A stretch of 64,000 nucleotides of DNA from the human T2T-CHM13v2.0 reference genome, Homo sapiens, in NCBI RefSeq assembly GCF_009914755.1, contig NC_060933.1, one strand, 5' to 3'. Shown piece by piece: positions 57,563 to 64,000 of the stretch. Numbering within the stretch: position 1 is the first letter of the stretch; each line of letters starts with the position of its first letter. The translations under genes and the position numbers were made by a program. Below the pieces are notes generated by a model that was not told where the DNA came from, made no database searches, and was given only the letters and a program-made list of their open reading frames with translations.

Positions 57563-58439
57563 GTGAGGAGCCAGAGAGGTTGTTATTTGAAAGCTAAATC
57601 TAAAGGAATGGACCCTGCCACAGTAGGAAGTGAAATGCTATCACTGCCACTGCCACCTCCTCCTTTCACATTCTGATTGGCCAGGCATAGCTTTTGTGGG
57701 TTGTCCAGCTGAGACACCCCCAGAGCAGCAGGCTTTTAATTCTTTGTGTAATTCTGTGAACCAATGTGATTGAATGAATGTTTTTAGGCAGTCAGCAACT
57801 CAAAACATCTTATAATTGGCCATCTATACATTATTACATTTATGTCCTCCACTCCCACCCCCAGGTGTGTCCTTTGGAAAACAATCACCGGCGACTTTCT
57901 ATTAAGTTAACACACTGTGGCCACCTTTAATGAAAATCAAATGTTTTTGGCCATAGAGTTCACGTTCCATCTCGTAAGCCATTTGTGTCCCAGGTAAGTT
58001 GAAGCTACCGCTCAATGCTAGCCAATCAACATACCTAGCTGGAGACTCCTTTCTGGAGCTTCTACTAACCCCTCCTTATTTCCAGTGACATAATGTATAT
58101 GCTTCATAATCAAACAGGCATGAGCTCCCTTTGCCAGGGGGAATATCGTCTTTCTCCTACCTGGAAAAGCCTGCTTCTCATAGGTCACATTCATCTCAAG
58201 ACAGCTCTGGTTCCAGGCCCTCGAGGCTTATTGGCAGTTTGTAAAATTACAATAGCAAACAGATCCGGCTACAAATGACAGATGTTTCTGCACTGTGTCA
58301 TCAAGGTCACTCAAGGAGGGACGTATGGTGCACCAGTGATTATGTTTCCTAACAGAGAGAAAAATACATAGGTCTTGCTCCCTTTCTGCATTCCTTCCCC
58401 TCAAAAAATTCACCCCCTCCTCCTCTTTTCTACAACCCT

Positions 58440-58605
58440 CCAGGCCAGTACGTGTCGAGCTTTAATGTGAATCACCTGGGAATCTTATTAAAGATGCAAA
58501 TTCTAATATGGTAGGTCTGAGGTAGAACTGGGGATGCTGAATTTCTCAAAACTTCTGGTAACATCAGTGCTGCTAGTCCAAGGGCTACGCTTGAAAGAGT
58601 AGCAA
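58440..58605. mobile_element. MER5A-like DNA transposon
   Basis: gaatcacctgggaatcttattaaagatgcaaattct...gtaggtctg. Confidence 0.65.
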
Positions 58606-58869
58606 GGCTTGAGGCATTACAGATTGCAGACAAATACTTCATCTCACAATCCTGTTGATGTTTTTCTGCTGATAATATTGCTGATATTGTGCTTCAAACT
58701 GTAGATGCTTCTCAAACCTCCACATTCCACTCCTGTGAGACACAAAAAAATCCTTTTGGAATAGTGTTATGCAAATGTTTTTTCTTCTGCCTACCTTCAT
58801 GAAGTCTATGAAAACCATGCTGATTTTAGTCCAAGTAAAACTAAGACCACCTTCTTAGCTCCAACAATC

Positions 58870-60140
58870 TGGCTTCATGTAATAATTCAGCTTTCTCCTT
58901 TTAATCCAACATACATTTATGGGACACCTGTCTTGGGAGGGGAATGTGTCCCATATAAGCATGTGTGAAGAAATGAAGGGAAAAGCAGCCCACAATATTT
59001 GCAGGAGAATGAGGTGACAGAATAGAAATAGAAATGTGGCCTGGAAAGCAGGTGCAAGACCATAAAAGGGTCTTGTATGCTGTACAAAGAATTTGGATTT
59101 TATTGTAAGTGCAACTACAAAGATTTTTAAGAAGGAATGGCACAATCAGACTTTTAAGATTACTGTCTGGCCAGGCACAACGGCTCATGCCGGTAATCTC
59201 AGCTACTCAGGAGGCTGAGGCAGAAGGATCACTTAAGAGGTTGAAGCTGCAACGAGCTGTGATCATACCACTTTCACTACTCCAGCCTGGGTGACAGAGC
59301 AAAACCTTGTCTTTTTTTTTTTTTTTTTTTTTTTGAAAAAGGTATGCTGTCTGCAGTATAGTGATCAAATTGGCAAGTGAAAGGACTACAGAAAGAGAAA
59401 CCTAATCTAGGTGAGCAATTATGGTGATGAGAATGAAGGTATTGAGCAGTACCAATGGAGAGGAATCCATTTCCTCTTTATAAGCGTGATTCGCATGGCT
59501 TCCATGATCCATTGGATATGAGGGATGAGAGAAAGGAAGGAAGTCAAAATTTGACTGGAGGTTCTGAATTGAACAACTAGATAGGAATACAGAAAAAAAA
59601 GAGGGTGGATTGTTGCTATATGGAATTGTTTGGGACATGTTTAGTATGAGATATCTAAGTACAGATGCTCATTAAGTAGTTGCACATACAGGTCTGGGAC
59701 TTAAAAGAGAGCTATGCTAAACACTATCAATTTGAAAGTCATTAGTATAGAAGTGGTGGCTAAGAATCATAGATGGTATCACCCAGAGAGAGGGAAAGGA
59801 TCAGATTAAGAAAAGGCACAGGACAGAACCCTGAGGAACACAACACTAATTAAACTGGGGGAAAAAGAGGAAAAAGATTAACCTAATGAGTAGGAAAATT
59901 CACAGAGACCAGTGGAGGAGCTTTTTCCAGAAGGAAGGAAGTCAATGGTATAAAAATACATCCAACAGAATAAACAAAATACAAATTAAGCATTGGCCTT
60001 ATTTTATACATACGGTGCATATTCAAACTTGACTGACAGGCAGTTACCTGTAACTCTGTGAATGGCAGTTTCAGTGTAAAAGTAGGCACTGAAATCAAAC
60101 CAGCAATAGGTTTAGTTACAAATGAGAGTGGAGGAAATAA
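58870..60140 (-). mobile_element. L2 fragment interrupted by an Alu monomer
   Basis: atccaacatacatttat L2 3' end; purine-rich L2 antisense motifs on both sides of the Alu. Confidence 0.6.
59169..59334 (+). mobile_element. FRAM/FAM-like Alu monomer followed by T23
   Basis: Single ~143-bp arm; degenerate TSD ending ctgtct. Confidence 0.8.
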
Positions 60141-60189
60141 GTGCTTCCAGGGACACATTACTCCTTCAAGAATTCCCAGTGTAGTCAAG

Positions 60190-61396
60190 GGACATTAGCA
60201 AAATGGCAAATTAGGACACTCCAAGTCCATGTTCTCTTATAGAAGCATCAAAAAAACAACTAGACACTGGCTAAACTAACCTTATAAGTGCTCTGGAAAA
60301 CAGCCCAAGTTCTACAGCAACCAAGCAAACAGCCAATAAAGAAACAGCCATCTTTAAGATGATAGGAAATTTCCTGGTATTTTCGTTCATCCTTGCCCCA
60401 CCCCCTCCCCCCATGTGGCATGGTTTTGATCTTAACAACGTGGCAGCCACTACTTGTGAAATCTGCAGAAGGAACACAGACCTGCAGACACCTGGGAAAA
60501 GAGATTATGGGTGGAGATTGACCCTCTATGCAACTGACGCTCTAAAGTCCCAAGGACAGCCTTGAGTGAGACTCTGGGAAATTAAGACACTCAAAAGCAG
60601 CTATGTATATGGAGAAGGCCCATACACACCACATAAAAGATCTGAGAAGACCTTACGCTTTCACCTCAGACTGATTACTATGCTCAGAGTATACCCAGCT
60701 AATCAGTGATGGATTGCCCAATCACAGAGCCAGTCTACAGAGAGTAGGAGAAATGGCTATTTTTCAAATGCCCAATTTTCAGCAATAAAATCACAAGCCA
60801 TACAAAGAAATGGGAAAATATGGCCCATTTTAAGGAAGAAAATAAACATAGGCATTGAACATTAAAGACAAACACTTTAAAACAACTATCTTAAATATGC
60901 TAAATTGGGAGCTGAAAGTACTAGAACTGAATTGAAAATTTTACTGGCGGGATTCAACAGCAGATTTCGCAGGCAGCAGAAAGAATTTTCAAACTTGAAG
61001 ATAGATAGGCCAATAAAAATAGAAGAAAATAAACAAACAGAGTCTAAAAGAGTTGTGAGACACCCTCAAGTGAACCAACATATACATTTTGAGAGTCTCA
61101 GAAGAAGAAAGGAGTTGAAAGATTATTTGCAGAAATAATGGCCAAAAACTTTCCAAATTTGATGAAAGACATGAATCTACAAATCCAAGAAGCTAAACAA
61201 ACTCTAAGTTGAAAAAGCCAAAGGGACCCACACTAAGATTAAAATCAGTCTTAAGAAACAAAGAGGGAATCTTGAAAGCAGCAAGAAAAGCAACTCATTG
61301 TGTACAAGAAATTCTCAATAACTTTATAAACTGATTTCTCAGCAGAAACCTTGCAGGACAGAAGGCAGTGGAATTATGTATTTGAAGTGCAGAAAG
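60190..61396 (+). mobile_element. Old L1MC-like 5'UTR plus ORF1 fragment
   Basis: aaaatggc start; ORF1-like gaaataatggccaaaaactttccaaatttgatgaaagac and ctgatttctcagcagaaacc. Confidence 0.65.

Positions 61397-64000
<2,604 letters not shown>

Noticed and set aside
52694-57676. ORFs 52694-53068, 54524-54715 and 57188-57676 as stand-alone genes
   Set aside because: They are spliced exons with intronic overhangs; splice sites and phases join them into one reading frame.

Overview
Primate genomic DNA, most likely human (Alu, L1PA, THE1, MER and MLT repeats). It is the 3' part of ADAMTSL1 (punctin-1; chr9p22 from memory) on the + strand. About 52.8 kb of one large repeat-rich intron is followed by three coding exons: 52794-53006 (Ig-like domain), 54531-54711 and 57355-57562 (thrombospondin type-1 repeats). 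All three have canonical AG/GT ends and consistent phases (1/1, 1/2, 2/0). Almost every other ORF in the track is repeat-derived or chance. The intron holds a full-length ~6.16 kb L1PA3-type element, a full-length L1PB, a full-length Tigger1, solo LTRs (THE1, MER50, LTR8A, MLT1s), Alus, L2/MIR relics, a 29-bp VNTR and a three-copy local duplication. The best lead is the antisense-oriented L1PA3. It keeps an intact ORF0 whose two splice donors are phase-compatible with the downstream ADAMTSL1 exons, which predicts L1-antisense-promoter-driven ORF0-ADAMTSL1 fusion proteins without a signal peptide. That is an inference and has not been shown. Subfamily names come from recall of consensus sequences, not from a database run. 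Boundaries of old repeats are approximate.
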